The notes beneath the pieces are model-generated. The model made no database searches and had not been told where the DNA came from. It saw only the letters and a program-made list of their open reading frames with translations. DNA of 64,000 bases from Bacillales bacterium UBA4694 (GTDB lineage Bacteria > Bacillota_I > Bacilli_A > RFN20 > CAG-288). The position numbers and the translations under genes were made by a program. Positions 51,866 to 61,401 of this stretch are shown here, one piece after another (position 1 is the stretch's first letter; each line of letters opens with the position of its first letter). Where the stretch lies: assembly GCA_002404835.1 (NCBI GenBank), contig DHKM01000035.1:32921-96920 (forward strand), given 5' to 3'.

Positions 51866-51901
51866 AAAACTCACATGTTATTGACTAATCATGTGAGTTT
51901 T
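51866..51901. terminator. orphan terminator-like hairpin in a divergent intergenic region
   Basis: 12-bp stem aaaactcacatg (51866-77) / catgtgagtttt (51890-901) with a 12-nt loop. T-runs on both strands. No annotated gene ends here. Confidence 0.4.
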
Positions 51902-52030
51902 CTCTGTGTGCTATTCAATGGAATTTATTTGCGCTTTTTATTTCATGAATATTTTATTCAATTATCTTTCTAAAAGCAAATACAATTTTTAAAAATAAAT
52001 CGATTACAATTGATTTATAGAAGTTGGTAA

Positions 52031-52059
52031 TTGATAGAAATACGAATCTTTGCTATATT
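52031..52059 (+). promoter_or_regulatory. sigma70-type promoter with extended -10
   Basis: TTGATA (52031-36), a 17-nt spacer ending in TGc, then TATATT (52054-59), about 60 nt upstream of ATG 52120. An imperfect palindrome aaatcgatt-ac-aattgattt lies at 51997-52016 just upstream. Confidence 0.6.
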
Positions 52060-52119
52060 TATTTAAATTCTTTTAAATGTGATTTTCCTATGATAAAATA
52101 AATAAGTGAGGTGTATTTT

Positions 52120-52857
52120 ATGAAAAATAATGACTTAAAAGCGGTCTTTTTTGATTGTTGGTCTACAGTTATATCCTTTGCTGAAAAACAACCGGATTGG
52201 AATACCGCCCCATTAAAAAGGCATGCAAAAAATAATTCGGATATCGATTGGGCGAAGGTCGACTCGTTTTCTTGCGATTTTTTTGATCGATATTATGCTA
52301 CAACTAAATTTGAAATTAAGTACAACCAATTTCTAAATTTGATAATTACATTATTTCATATTGAAATTGATTGCCCTTTATCTGAACTGAATCACGAGGT
52401 ATTTCAGGGGTTGGATCCAAAACCTATTAAAGGGATTGAAGCATTTCTTTCTTATCTGACCAAACATGGATTATATCATGCCATTTTGTCGAATACGATT
52501 TATGAAGATGCTGATTCTTTTTCTTTAGTAAAAAGGTTGATTCCATCTTCTGATTTTGGCTATTTTTTTGGCTCATCTAATGTTGGCGTAAAAAAACCGG
52601 ATTCCGTTTTCTTTCAGACTGCAGTCAAGCCGAGTGGCTTTTTACTTGAGCAATCCATGTATATTGGGGATACATTTTATCAGGATGTCTTTGGTTCCTA
52701 TTCGGCCGGATTCCGTAATTCGGTCTGGATCAATACTAGAAAAAAGAAGAAGGAGGCTTACTCTTCTTTCTGCGATATTTCCATACCCATGTTTACGGAA
52801 GTCTCTGATTATGATGAACTGATATCCTTGTTTGAAAAAGGAGTGTTCGACAAATGA
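52120..52857 (+). CDS. HAD-superfamily hydrolase (subfamily IA-like)
   Basis: Start at ATG 52120 (GTGAGG 8 nt upstream). Motif I AVFFDCWSTV (D-x-W-x-T, aromatic at +2 as in 2-haloacid-dehalogenase-like members), motif II ILSNT, motif III KKPD, motif IV YIGDTFYQDV. Confidence 0.75.
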   Translation: MKNNDLKAVFFDCWSTVISFAEKQPDWNTAPLKRHAKNNSDIDWAKVDSFSCDFFDRYYATTKFEIKYNQFLNLIITLFHIEIDCPLSELNHEVFQGLDPKPIKGIEAFLSYLTKHGLYHAILSNTIYEDADSFSLVKRLIPSSDFGYFFGSSNVGVKKPDSVFFQTAVKPSGFLLEQSMYIGDTFYQDVFGSYSAGFRNSVWINTRKKKKEAYSSFCDISIPMFTEVSDYDELISLFEKGVFDK

Positions 52858-53603
52858 TATTGGATAAACCAAAAACAAATGAGATTGAAAGACTGGCAAA
52901 GACCTTTTCTTTTCATGCGGATTCTTTTTTACCGAATGTGTCTTTGCAGGAACTCGGACTGGTTTTTCAGGAACTTGCAGGGAAACAAGTGGATTTGCTT
53001 GGAATCGGAAGTGAATATTCTAAGAGAACGAACAATGTCTATGTTCTGTGCCGTGAGAAGATGCTCTTTCTGAAAGAACTGAAACTAGGAGAGAACTATA
53101 CTCTTGTTACGTATCCTCTGACTCCAGGAAAATTACAAATGCAAAGAGAAGCCTATCTTCTGGATTCATTGGACGAGGTAGTGTTAAAGCTTGATTCAAT
53201 TTGGGTTCTTGTCGACTATGTGACTAGACGGATGAAACGTACAACGGATGTTGCATCAGCTCAATCCAAATATCCTGCATTTGATACTTTTGTCCCTTTG
53301 TTTGAAAAGAGACTCGAGGCTTTAGGGGAAATGGAAAGAGAATCGATGGATTTGTTGCTTACTCATAAGGTTTCGGAATCTGATCTAGATTCGAATAATC
53401 ATATGAACAATACGATTTATCTTCGACTTGTACAGCCTTTTGTCGCTAAGGGAATCAGTGAAGTTGAAATCGATTTTGAGAAGGAATGTCTTTTGGGTGA
53501 GACGCTTTCTATTTATAAGAAGGAAGAAAAAGATTTTGTTTCCTTTATGGGATATAAAGAGGATGATTGTCTTTCCTTTAAGGCTAGAATCTCTTTCTTT
53601 TGA
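52854..53603 (+). CDS. acyl-ACP thioesterase family protein
   Basis: ATGA overlap with the HAD gene. Double hot-dog length (~249 aa). DLDSNNHMNNTIYLRLV matches the D.D...H(V/M)NN..Y signature of the acyl-ACP thioesterase family. Confidence 0.7.
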   Translation: MILDKPKTNEIERLAKTFSFHADSFLPNVSLQELGLVFQELAGKQVDLLGIGSEYSKRTNNVYVLCREKMLFLKELKLGENYTLVTYPLTPGKLQMQREAYLLDSLDEVVLKLDSIWVLVDYVTRRMKRTTDVASAQSKYPAFDTFVPLFEKRLEALGEMERESMDLLLTHKVSESDLDSNNHMNNTIYLRLVQPFVAKGISEVEIDFEKECLLGETLSIYKKEEKDFVSFMGYKEDDCLSFKARISFF

Positions 53604-53653
53604 TTTGGACAAAATCATTTTATAAGGTCCATCATCCATGGGAGGTATCTTCT

Positions 53654-54808
53654 GTGGATGATTTTATTTGCCCGAAATGTGGAAACAAGGATAAAAGATA
53701 CATTGGGTTTAAACATGGACAACCCTATTGCCGACTTTGTATTTCGTTTCAAGGAAAAGAAGCTAAGAAAGATTATTCAGTCAGGAAAGGAATTTCGCTT
53801 TCTCTCGAGTACCCTCTCAGCACAAAACAGAAGGAAGTTTCGGATTCGGTTCTTGCTGCTGTTTGCCAAGGAAAGAACGTTTTTATTCATGCAGTGACTG
53901 GCGCTGGGAAAACCGAATTGGTCTACCAAAGTATGGAATATATCCTGAAGAAACAAGGACATGTCGGTTTTGCGACTCCCAGAAAAGACGTGGTGATCGA
54001 TTTAGAACCTAGAATTCAACAGGCTTTTCCGAAGGCATCGGTCATTTCCGTTTATGGTGAACATACTTCAAGAATCGAAGGCGATATTATATGCCTTACT
54101 ACTCATCAGCTTTACCGTTACCCAAAATACTTTGATCTGCTCATAGTGGATGAGATTGACGCTTTCCCCTATAAAGATAATGAATTGTTGCATTCTTTTT
54201 TCTCGAGGTCGTTGAGAGGAAATTATATTCTTCTTTCCGCTACGCCTACAAAAGAAGATCTTGCCGGTGTCGAGAATGACAACGGTGTCGTTGTTACTCT
54301 GTTTGAAAGATACCACCATGGCCTCCTTCCTCTTCCGGAATTTGTTTCTTCAAGACTGGCATTTATGAAAGTGCAATGCCTTAGATTACTCGCGTCTCTA
54401 TTGAGACAAAATAAACCAGTTTTCGTTTTTGCACCTACCATTGAAAGCGGAAGTAGACTCTATTTGTTTCTGTCCTTTTTTTTAAAAGGCGGAAGCTTTG
54501 TCTGTTCTGAATCGTCCAATCGGGCCATAGACATTGAACGGTTCAAAAACGGGGAACTGCGATATTTGGTAACTACTTCGATTTTGGAAAGAGGCGTTAC
54601 AGTCAAGGATTTGCAAGTGATTGTCTTTAAAGCGGATGATGATATATATAATCAGGCTACACTGGTTCAGATTGCTGGCAGAGTCGGACGTAAGATCGGT
54701 GCAACAAGCGGAAAAGTATATTTCATCGGTGAGGAAAAGAATCTTTTTGTGAAAGGGGCTATTGATGAAATTGAAAGATATAATAATGAATCAAGACAAA
54801 ACAGATGA
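53654..54808 (+). CDS. comFA: ComFA-like DEAD/DEAH-box helicase (competence/DNA uptake ATPase)
   Basis: GTG 53654 has GGGAGG 8 nt upstream; an alternative TTG at 53600 has no SD. Zn-finger CPKCGN...CRLC, Walker A HAVTGAGKTE, DEID box LLIVDEIDAF, LLSATP, helicase-C QIAGRVGR. Confidence 0.8.
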   Translation: MDDFICPKCGNKDKRYIGFKHGQPYCRLCISFQGKEAKKDYSVRKGISLSLEYPLSTKQKEVSDSVLAAVCQGKNVFIHAVTGAGKTELVYQSMEYILKKQGHVGFATPRKDVVIDLEPRIQQAFPKASVISVYGEHTSRIEGDIICLTTHQLYRYPKYFDLLIVDEIDAFPYKDNELLHSFFSRSLRGNYILLSATPTKEDLAGVENDNGVVVTLFERYHHGLLPLPEFVSSRLAFMKVQCLRLLASLLRQNKPVFVFAPTIESGSRLYLFLSFFLKGGSFVCSESSNRAIDIERFKNGELRYLVTTSILERGVTVKDLQVIVFKADDDIYNQATLVQIAGRVGRKIGATSGKVYFIGEEKNLFVKGAIDEIERYNNESRQNR

Positions 54809-55427
54809 ATTTTGTGTTTCTTGTTTTGAAAAAATAAATTTGAATCCGTTTCGGAAAATCATCGAAAACAATCCTATTCTTTGTGATAAATGCATTTCAC
54901 AAGTGAAGACGAAATTGTCAATTGAAAAAATAAATGGTATTTATGTTCTGTTCTTAGGTGACTATGATGGTATTATGAAAACGTGGTTGATGAATTTCAA
55001 GGAGTATGGTGATATTGAGCTGGCAAAGTGTTTTTTGTCTTTGTATCTTCCGATTCTAAAGATTTTATTTAAAAACTACATTTACCTTCCATGCCCATCT
55101 AGCCATAAGCGGAACCAGAATAGAGGTTTTGTTCATCTTGAGGAAATGCTGAAAGCATATAAATTTCCGTATTGTTTAGCTTTAGAAAAGACTTCTGATG
55201 AGGAAAACAAGAACCAATCTGTTTCTCAGAGGAATGCTGTTTCTTCTTCTATTCGGATTAATTCCAATGCATCGTATCTATCCGGAAAGAAGGTAGTTGT
55301 TTTTGATGATGTCTTTACGACAGGTAATACGTTCCGTTCGTCTTGCCAAGCCATCGAAACGATTCATCCAAAGAAAATACGTGGCCTGATTTTGATGAAA
55401 ACGAAGGAACCTGATTATCATCTTTGA
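54765..55427 (+). CDS. comFC: ComFC/ComF-family phosphoribosyltransferase-like protein
   Basis: ATG 54765 has AAAGGGG 6 nt upstream and overlaps the comFA 3' end. N-terminal CVSC...CDKC zinc motif. PRTase loop KKVVVFDDVFTTGNT. Confidence 0.8.
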   Translation: MKLKDIIMNQDKTDEFCVSCFEKINLNPFRKIIENNPILCDKCISQVKTKLSIEKINGIYVLFLGDYDGIMKTWLMNFKEYGDIELAKCFLSLYLPILKILFKNYIYLPCPSSHKRNQNRGFVHLEEMLKAYKFPYCLALEKTSDEENKNQSVSQRNAVSSSIRINSNASYLSGKKVVVFDDVFTTGNTFRSSCQAIETIHPKKIRGLILMKTKEPDYHL

Positions 55428-55484
55428 CCCTTTATAAGACATTATATTTTATATATAATATACTTTAGCTTTGCTGGAGGTCTT

Positions 55485-57479
55485 ATGAACAAACTTTTGA
55501 AAAAACAACGCTTGTTTGCTTCTTATGCTCTTTTGATTAAATCCTTGCTTATCGTGGCGTTGTCTCTTTTTTATATATTCATTCCTGAATTTCAATTTTA
55601 TTTTCATATTTCTATAGTTCTTTTGGCTTTGTTTTCTATTTTTGATGTGGCATCTTTGATTGCATTCAACCTTTATTTTCAAAAAGCCAAAGGTAAGGCA
55701 GAGACGACCAGCGCGGAAATTATGGGAAACGAATTGAATGAAGCCTATAATTTTGGAGAAATCGGATTGGCCGTTACCAACAAGGAAAATGACATTCTTT
55801 GGGTCAATGACTTCCTTGGAAAGAGAATTCCGGACATCGTAGATGAGAAAATCGATGCCGTTTTTCCTAAATTAGCTGATTTACTGAAGGAAAACTCAAC
55901 ACAAAGTCAGGCAAATATCAAATATGAGAATCATTCCTATCATGTGGAATATCTGAAAGACGTCAAATTGTTTGTTTTCAAGGATACTACGGAACTCGAC
56001 AATGTATCTCTCCTCAATCAGAGGCAGGCCCCGGTAGTCGGTTATATTATGATCGACAATTATTCCGACATTCAAATGTATGTCTCAGATGAAATCCGTT
56101 TTGCCGATATGGCGGCAAAGACAAGAAATCTGATTCAAGAATTTGCCTTGAAGTACAATGCTATGCTTAGAAGGCTTAAGGAAGATAGGTATTTCTTTGT
56201 TACAACGAAAGAAAACTTCGACAAACTTTTCGAAGACAAGTTCCCTATCATCGATGAGGTCAGGAAGTCGTTCGATAATGGTTTCACGCTTTCTATAGGT
56301 GTTGCCTTTAAGTTCGATGATTATGCAAAACTCAGCGAATTGGCTTCTTCTGCTTTGGACGTTGCTTTATCCAGAGGTGGTGACCAAGCGGTTATTTCAC
56401 CTTTTGGCGAATCTCTGATTTATGTCGGCGGAAAGACCGAGCTTAAGCCAAACCGTAACCGAGTTCAGGTCCGTGAATTATCTCGGTCGCTTCTTGCTAT
56501 TCTCAAATCCTATCCCAAGATTCTCATCATGGGCCATGATACGGCTGATTTCGATGCTGTAGGTAGTGCTCTTGGGGCTTATCTGCTTTGCCAACATATC
56601 GGTAAGAATGCCAAAATCTGTTGGGAAGATCAACATGTCGAAGATAATGCCCGTATTGCGGTTCGGTCTAGCTTTACTCAGGAAGAGATGGATAAAATAT
56701 TCATTAACTACAAAGATTGCAACGAATGGATAGATAAGAACACTCTTCTTCTGGCCGTGGATCATAACAATCCTTCGATTGCCATGTTCCCCGAAATAGT
56801 CAAGAAGATGAGCAATATTGCGGTTATCGACCATCATAGACCCGGCCCTATTTCTTATTCCAATTATGTGTTCAATGGTATTGATAGCAGTGCCTCCAGT
56901 GCAAGTGAAATCATTACATCTTATTGTACCTATAACTCTGATAAAATCGAAATCGACGATCGTACAGCCACTTTCCTTTTAAGCGGTATAGCCCTAGATA
57001 CCCATTTCTTTAAGGAAAAAGCAACTGAAGCAACATTTGAAATTGCTGCACAACTTAAGAATTTCAATGCCAATAGCGCTAAAGTGGATGACTTCCTAAA
57101 AGAAAATCTTGAAGAGTATAAGCAGAAAATCTCTATTCTTAATTCCAATAAGATGTATCAGTCTGATATTATGATCTGCTGGGCTCCAGACAATGAATTC
57201 GTGAATTCGGTCATGCTTTCGAAAGTGGCAACGGAAGCTATCAATATTCGTGGTATCGTCTGTGCATTCTGTATTGGTAGAGTCAGTGAGACGGATGTAA
57301 AGATCTCTGCAAGAAGCGACGGAAGTGTGAATTGTCAGATTTTGATGCAGAAATTGGGTGGTGGTGGACATTTCGCTATGGCTGCCTGCCAGAATTCCAA
57401 TATTGATATCGAGACAATGATAAAGAAATTGGAAGCGGTATTGAATGATTATCTTGATGATGCCAGAATCAAAGGTTGA
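55485..57479 (+). CDS. gdpP: GdpP-type DHH/DHHA1 phosphodiesterase (c-di-AMP phosphodiesterase)
   Basis: SD GGAGG. Two N-terminal TM helices, then a PAS-like and degenerate GGDEF-like region (GYIMIDNY...LSIGVAF...SRGGDQAV). DHH motifs IMGHDTADFDAVGS, AVDHNN, VIDHHRP. DHHA1 GGGGHFAMAA. Classic position upstream of rplI-dnaB. Confidence 0.9.
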   Translation: MNKLLKKQRLFASYALLIKSLLIVALSLFYIFIPEFQFYFHISIVLLALFSIFDVASLIAFNLYFQKAKGKAETTSAEIMGNELNEAYNFGEIGLAVTNKENDILWVNDFLGKRIPDIVDEKIDAVFPKLADLLKENSTQSQANIKYENHSYHVEYLKDVKLFVFKDTTELDNVSLLNQRQAPVVGYIMIDNYSDIQMYVSDEIRFADMAAKTRNLIQEFALKYNAMLRRLKEDRYFFVTTKENFDKLFEDKFPIIDEVRKSFDNGFTLSIGVAFKFDDYAKLSELASSALDVALSRGGDQAVISPFGESLIYVGGKTELKPNRNRVQVRELSRSLLAILKSYPKILIMGHDTADFDAVGSALGAYLLCQHIGKNAKICWEDQHVEDNARIAVRSSFTQEEMDKIFINYKDCNEWIDKNTLLLAVDHNNPSIAMFPEIVKKMSNIAVIDHHRPGPISYSNYVFNGIDSSASSASEIITSYCTYNSDKIEIDDRTATFLLSGIALDTHFFKEKATEATFEIAAQLKNFNANSAKVDDFLKENLEEYKQKISILNSNKMYQSDIMICWAPDNEFVNSVMLSKVATEAINIRGIVCAFCIGRVSETDVKISARSDGSVNCQILMQKLGGGGHFAMAACQNSNIDIETMIKKLEAVLNDYLDDARIKG

Positions 57480-57496
57480 TTAAAGGAGATAGAAAA

Positions 57497-57955
57497 ATGA
57501 AAGTATTGATGAAAGAAGAAGTAAGAAAGGTCGGTAAGAAAGGTCAGATTGTTGAGGTAAGCGATGGATATGGTGCCAATTATCTGATTCCAAGAGGGCT
57601 TGCTGTCCTTTATACAAGCCAGGCTCAAAAAGAATATGATCGCGAGCAGGCCGAGCTTGCCAAATTGGATGCCGAAAAAAGAGAGGAAGCAAAAAAACTT
57701 GCGGAAACTTTGAAAGGTATTACTTTGGAATTCCAGGCATCTGCTGGCAGACATGGTGATATGATCGGTACAGTATCTACCAAGGAAATCATCAAAGCCC
57801 TTAGAGAGAAACATGAGATTGTCATCAATAAAAACCAGATTGTGGATAAGGATGTCATCGTCAATGGTTTTGGAAAGACTACTTTGAAAGTCGATCTTTA
57901 TAAGGGAGTCATAGGAGAAATCAACATTCATGTCTCTTTGAAGGAGAAGAAGTAG
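57497..57955 (+). CDS. rplI: 50S ribosomal protein L9
   Basis: ATG 57497 has AAGGAG 8 nt upstream. MKVLMKEEVRKVGKKGQIVEVSDGYGANYLIPRGLA is the canonical L9 N-terminus. Confidence 0.95.
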   Translation: MKVLMKEEVRKVGKKGQIVEVSDGYGANYLIPRGLAVLYTSQAQKEYDREQAELAKLDAEKREEAKKLAETLKGITLEFQASAGRHGDMIGTVSTKEIIKALREKHEIVINKNQIVDKDVIVNGFGKTTLKVDLYKGVIGEINIHVSLKEKK

Positions 57956-57957
57956 AA

Positions 57958-59460
57958 ATGGCTTTGGAAGACGATGGGAAGTTTTCGACCAATTTGAATG
58001 AAGCCAGTATTTTGGCTGACATTCTTTTGGATAAGAGCGGAAACGATATTCTCAGCGTTTCTACGGCACTTGCCGCGGAGGATTTCCAGGATCTTAGGAA
58101 CAGGACCATCTATTCCGCTTTGATGAATATGAATAAGAAATCCATCAAACCGGATATTACCACACTCATTACGGAACTTGAGCAGACCAAACAGATGGAA
58201 AATGCCGGGGGAATGGAATACATTACTTTTTTGGTGACCAATTTTCCTTCTTTGGGACCGGTTGTCAATTATGTCAATAATGTCAAAGACCAATCTCTTT
58301 TTGCCAAATTCCTTTTGACGTTGGATAAAATCAAAAAAGAGGCTACGGATTCCTCTATCGACAATATACCTGAATTCATCGGAAAAGCGGAAACGGAAAT
58401 TGTTGCTGTTGCCAAAGAAAGAAGAGTCAACCAGGTCATTGACATGAAATCGGTATCCGATGCCATTGTCAACAATCTCGTCAGTCAGACGGAATATTTC
58501 AAGGAACATGGCAGAAAACCTAATGGCGTCACCGGAATCGAGACCGGATACGCTGAGATGGATAAACTTACCAAAGGCTGGCATCCTGGTGATATGGTTG
58601 TTATCGGTGCCCGTCCTTCTGTTGGAAAGACTGCATTTGTCCTGAATCTTCTTTATAATGTGGCAAAAAAAGGAATTCCTGTCATTTTCTTCTCTCTGGA
58701 AATGGATGCCCTTCATATCGGACTTAGACTTCTTCAAAGGACATCTGGTCTTACGGGAGACGAAATCAATTCTCTGGATTATAGAAGAGGGAGTTCGGTC
58801 GATCGGATTTTGATTAACCCGAAAAACGATTTGGAAATGGTGATTATCGAGAAACTTCAGAGGGGTATCGATGAACTGAAGAAGCTTCCGTTTTACATCG
58901 ATGATACTCCTAATGGTATGATGATGGATATCACTTCCAAGGCAAAGAAGCTTTGCAACATGATCCAAAATCCGAAAGTAGGCATGATTGCCATCGATTA
59001 TATCGGTCTGATTACCAGCCCGAGCAAGTCTAATTCTGCCAGCCGTCAACAGGAGGTTTCTGATATTTCAAGACAACTCAAGCAGTTGGCGAGAACTCTA
59101 CAGGTTCCGATTCTTGCTCTGTCACAGCTTTCCCGTGAAACGGAAAAAAGACCGAATCATGAACCGCAGCTCAGCGATATCCGAGATTCGGGTTCTATCG
59201 AACAGGATGCCGATATGATTTTCACTTTGTATCGAAAGGATTATTATGACCTTCAAGGTGGTGCGGGGACTGGTAAACCGGAAGAACAGCCGGTACAGGC
59301 TGTCAACAGTAATCCGATTTCCCAGGTTCAGGTCGGACTTCTGAAAAACCGTAATGGACAGATCGGCAACCTCGCTTTTTCCTTCGACAAGGAACATTGT
59401 ACTTTCTCGGCTATTGATCTTGAACATGAAGATGGGTCTGGACCGGATAGTGTGTTTTAA
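57958..59460 (+). CDS. dnaB: replicative DNA helicase DnaB (DnaC in Bacillus nomenclature)
   Basis: Walker A GARPSVGKTAF, FSLEM, IAIDYIGLI, SQLSRE, IRDSGSIEQDADM. Conserved position after rplI. Confidence 0.95.
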   Translation: MALEDDGKFSTNLNEASILADILLDKSGNDILSVSTALAAEDFQDLRNRTIYSALMNMNKKSIKPDITTLITELEQTKQMENAGGMEYITFLVTNFPSLGPVVNYVNNVKDQSLFAKFLLTLDKIKKEATDSSIDNIPEFIGKAETEIVAVAKERRVNQVIDMKSVSDAIVNNLVSQTEYFKEHGRKPNGVTGIETGYAEMDKLTKGWHPGDMVVIGARPSVGKTAFVLNLLYNVAKKGIPVIFFSLEMDALHIGLRLLQRTSGLTGDEINSLDYRRGSSVDRILINPKNDLEMVIIEKLQRGIDELKKLPFYIDDTPNGMMMDITSKAKKLCNMIQNPKVGMIAIDYIGLITSPSKSNSASRQQEVSDISRQLKQLARTLQVPILALSQLSRETEKRPNHEPQLSDIRDSGSIEQDADMIFTLYRKDYYDLQGGAGTGKPEEQPVQAVNSNPISQVQVGLLKNRNGQIGNLAFSFDKEHCTFSAIDLEHEDGSGPDSVF

Positions 59461-59462
59461 TT

Positions 59463-60227
59463 ATGCAATTTGATGTTATATCCAGCGGATCAAAGGGTAA
59501 TGCCACTTTGATCCTTTCCAAAGGAGAGGTCATCCTATTGGATTTTGGCATATCAAAACGGAAAGTGGAGACCGCACTTTCCGCCTATGGCTTCGGATTC
59601 AATGATATTGAAGCTTTTTTTGTGACTCACGACCATTCCGACCATGCGAGCAATATCTTCAATGCTCCGGTCGAAAAGGTATATTCCGGCTGTCCGACTC
59701 TTCCTAAAATGGAATCCAGCCTGGCTAGCGGAAATCTTCTTCGTCCTTTTTCCCAGGTAAGGATTGGGTGTTTCAATATCACATCGATTCCCCTTTCGCA
59801 CGACGCGAAGAATACTCTCGGTTTTGTTGTGGATGATTCTGAAGAATCGTTGGTATATCTTACGGATACGGGTTTTGTCCCGGAAAAGGATTTTCCTTAC
59901 ATCAAAGGGAAGACTTATTATATTTTTGAATCCAACCATGATCCGGAGATGCTGTTTTCTTCTAAAAGACCGGATTACCTCATTCGCAGGATCATTTCCG
60001 ACAAAGGACATCTTTCGAATGCCGATTCTGCCTATTATCTTTCCAATCTTATCGGGGATATGACAAAAGAAGTCGTACTTTCCCATTTGAGTGATGAGTG
60101 CAACACCAAGGAGAAGGCCATGGAAACTTACGATAAGGTCATGCAGTCTCAGCTCGGTTTTATTCCGGATGCTTTGGTAAGGTGTGCTTCGGATAAGTCC
60201 GAGACAAAAGGCGGAACCAAGTCATGA
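59463..60227 (+). CDS. MBL-fold metallo-hydrolase (YycJ/WalJ-like)
   Basis: MQFDVISSGSKGNATLI...LLDFG...FVTHDHSDH metallo-beta-lactamase motif. ESNHD, GHLSN. Confidence 0.85.
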   Translation: MQFDVISSGSKGNATLILSKGEVILLDFGISKRKVETALSAYGFGFNDIEAFFVTHDHSDHASNIFNAPVEKVYSGCPTLPKMESSLASGNLLRPFSQVRIGCFNITSIPLSHDAKNTLGFVVDDSEESLVYLTDTGFVPEKDFPYIKGKTYYIFESNHDPEMLFSSKRPDYLIRRIISDKGHLSNADSAYYLSNLIGDMTKEVVLSHLSDECNTKEKAMETYDKVMQSQLGFIPDALVRCASDKSETKGGTKS

Positions 60228-60697
60228 CCATCCGCTTTCTTGTTTTCGGAAAAGCCAGGGAAGATTATTTGAAGTCCGGCTTTTCCGAATATGCAAAACG
60301 CCTTTCCAAATATGCAAAGGTTTCGATTGAGACTTTGAATGAAGAGAGCATAAAGATCCCTAACGAATCCAACATCGCCAGGGCACTCGATCTTGAAGCC
60401 ACGAGGGCTTTGAACCAAATAAAGGAGAACGATTTCCTTTGCCTTTCGGACATTCATGCGCCGAAGGTGGATACTATGGGATTTGCCAGGAAACTGGATG
60501 GTATTTCTTCTCGGAACGGAAACATTGTTTTTCTTTTTGGATCGAGTTACGGTTTAAGTGATAGATTAAGAAAAAGGTCGGATTTTTCTTTTTCTCTCTC
60601 TGATTTGACGTTTACTCATTATATGGCGCTTCTCATTACGATGGAGCAGGTTTATCGAGCTATGAAAATCAATCATAATGAGGTTTATGACAAATAA
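60224..60697 (+). CDS. rlmH: 23S rRNA (pseudouridine1915-N3)-methyltransferase RlmH
   Basis: ATGA overlap. MTIRFLVFGKAREDYLKSGFSEYAKRLSKYAKVSIETL and C-terminal SLSDLTFTHYMALLITMEQVYRAMKI match the SPOUT RlmH family. 157 aa. Confidence 0.9.
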   Translation: MTIRFLVFGKAREDYLKSGFSEYAKRLSKYAKVSIETLNEESIKIPNESNIARALDLEATRALNQIKENDFLCLSDIHAPKVDTMGFARKLDGISSRNGNIVFLFGSSYGLSDRLRKRSDFSFSLSDLTFTHYMALLITMEQVYRAMKINHNEVYDK

Positions 60698-60709
60698 TTT
60701 TTATTTTTA

Positions 60710-60738
60710 TTGACTAAGACCCGCTTTATGAGTATAAT
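60710..60738 (+). promoter_or_regulatory. near-consensus sigma70 promoter of tRNA-Gln
   Basis: TTGACT (60710-15), a 17-nt spacer, then TATAAT (60733-38), 13 nt before the tRNA 5' end. Confidence 0.8.
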
Positions 60739-60751
60739 TCATTCTTGCGAT

Positions 60752-60826
60752 TGGGGTATAGTCAAGCGGTAAGACAGCAGTCTCTGAAACTGTGATGCCT
60801 TGGTTCGAATCCAAGTACCCCAGCCA
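60752..60826 (+). tRNA. tRNA-Gln (anticodon CUG), CCA-encoded
   Basis: Hand-folded: TGGGGTA-TA-GTC-AAGCGGTAA-GAC-A-GCAGT-CTCTGAA-ACTGT-GATGC-CTTGG-TTCGAAT-CCAAG-TACCCCA-G-CCA. U1-A72 and G73 are typical of bacterial tRNA-Gln. Confidence 0.85.
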
Positions 60827-60837
60827 ATCGAATAATT

Positions 60838-60861
60838 CCGGAGAGCAACTCCGGTTTTTTT
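60838..60861 (+). terminator. intrinsic terminator
   Basis: Stem ccggag / ctccgg with loop agcaa, followed by T7. Confidence 0.8.
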
Positions 60862-61021
60862 CTTTATGGGAATCCGTCTTTACAACTCATATTCTTCTGT
60901 AAGCACTGTTGTTTGATCTTTTTTGTTGATAATGTTGACTTGAGGGGCTAAAATCAAGAAAAGCGAGTCAGAAGGGCTATCTTTATTTGCCCATCGTTTT
61001 TTGATAAAATATAAGAGTATT

Positions 61022-61378
61022 ATGGCAATGAAAATTACACAGAAAAACAAATTAGGATCCGTAGAAGTATCTTTGGAGGCTATTGCCGACCTTGCTGGCT
61101 TGACCGCAAGCTCTGTCTATGGAATTGTCGGATTGGTCAACAAGAAAAACTTTGCGAATCCGCTGAGTCAGTTCCTCAACAAAGAGGATTATGCCGATGG
61201 CGTCTCTGCAAGGAAAGGTCAGAAGGGATACGAAGTTTCCCTCTATCTTGTTGTCAGCAAAGATGTCAAAGTCGCGGAAGTTGTCTATGAGGTCCAGAAA
61301 CAGGTTGGATATGTGCTGAAAAAGAACTTCGGAATGGATTTCAGCAAGATTAACGTCTTTGTTCAGGCGGTACGATAA
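61022..61378 (+). CDS. Asp23/Gls24-family envelope stress protein (YloU-like)
   Basis: LGSVEVSLEAIADLAGLTASSVYGIVGL and ...VSLYLVVSKDVKVAEVVYEVQKQV match Asp23 family patterns. Start uncertain (ATG 61022 or 61028, TTG 61001). Confidence 0.8.
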   Translation: MAMKITQKNKLGSVEVSLEAIADLAGLTASSVYGIVGLVNKKNFANPLSQFLNKEDYADGVSARKGQKGYEVSLYLVVSKDVKVAEVVYEVQKQVGYVLKKNFGMDFSKINVFVQAVR

Positions 61379-61401
61379 TTTGAAAGGTAGCTAACTTTAA
61401 C

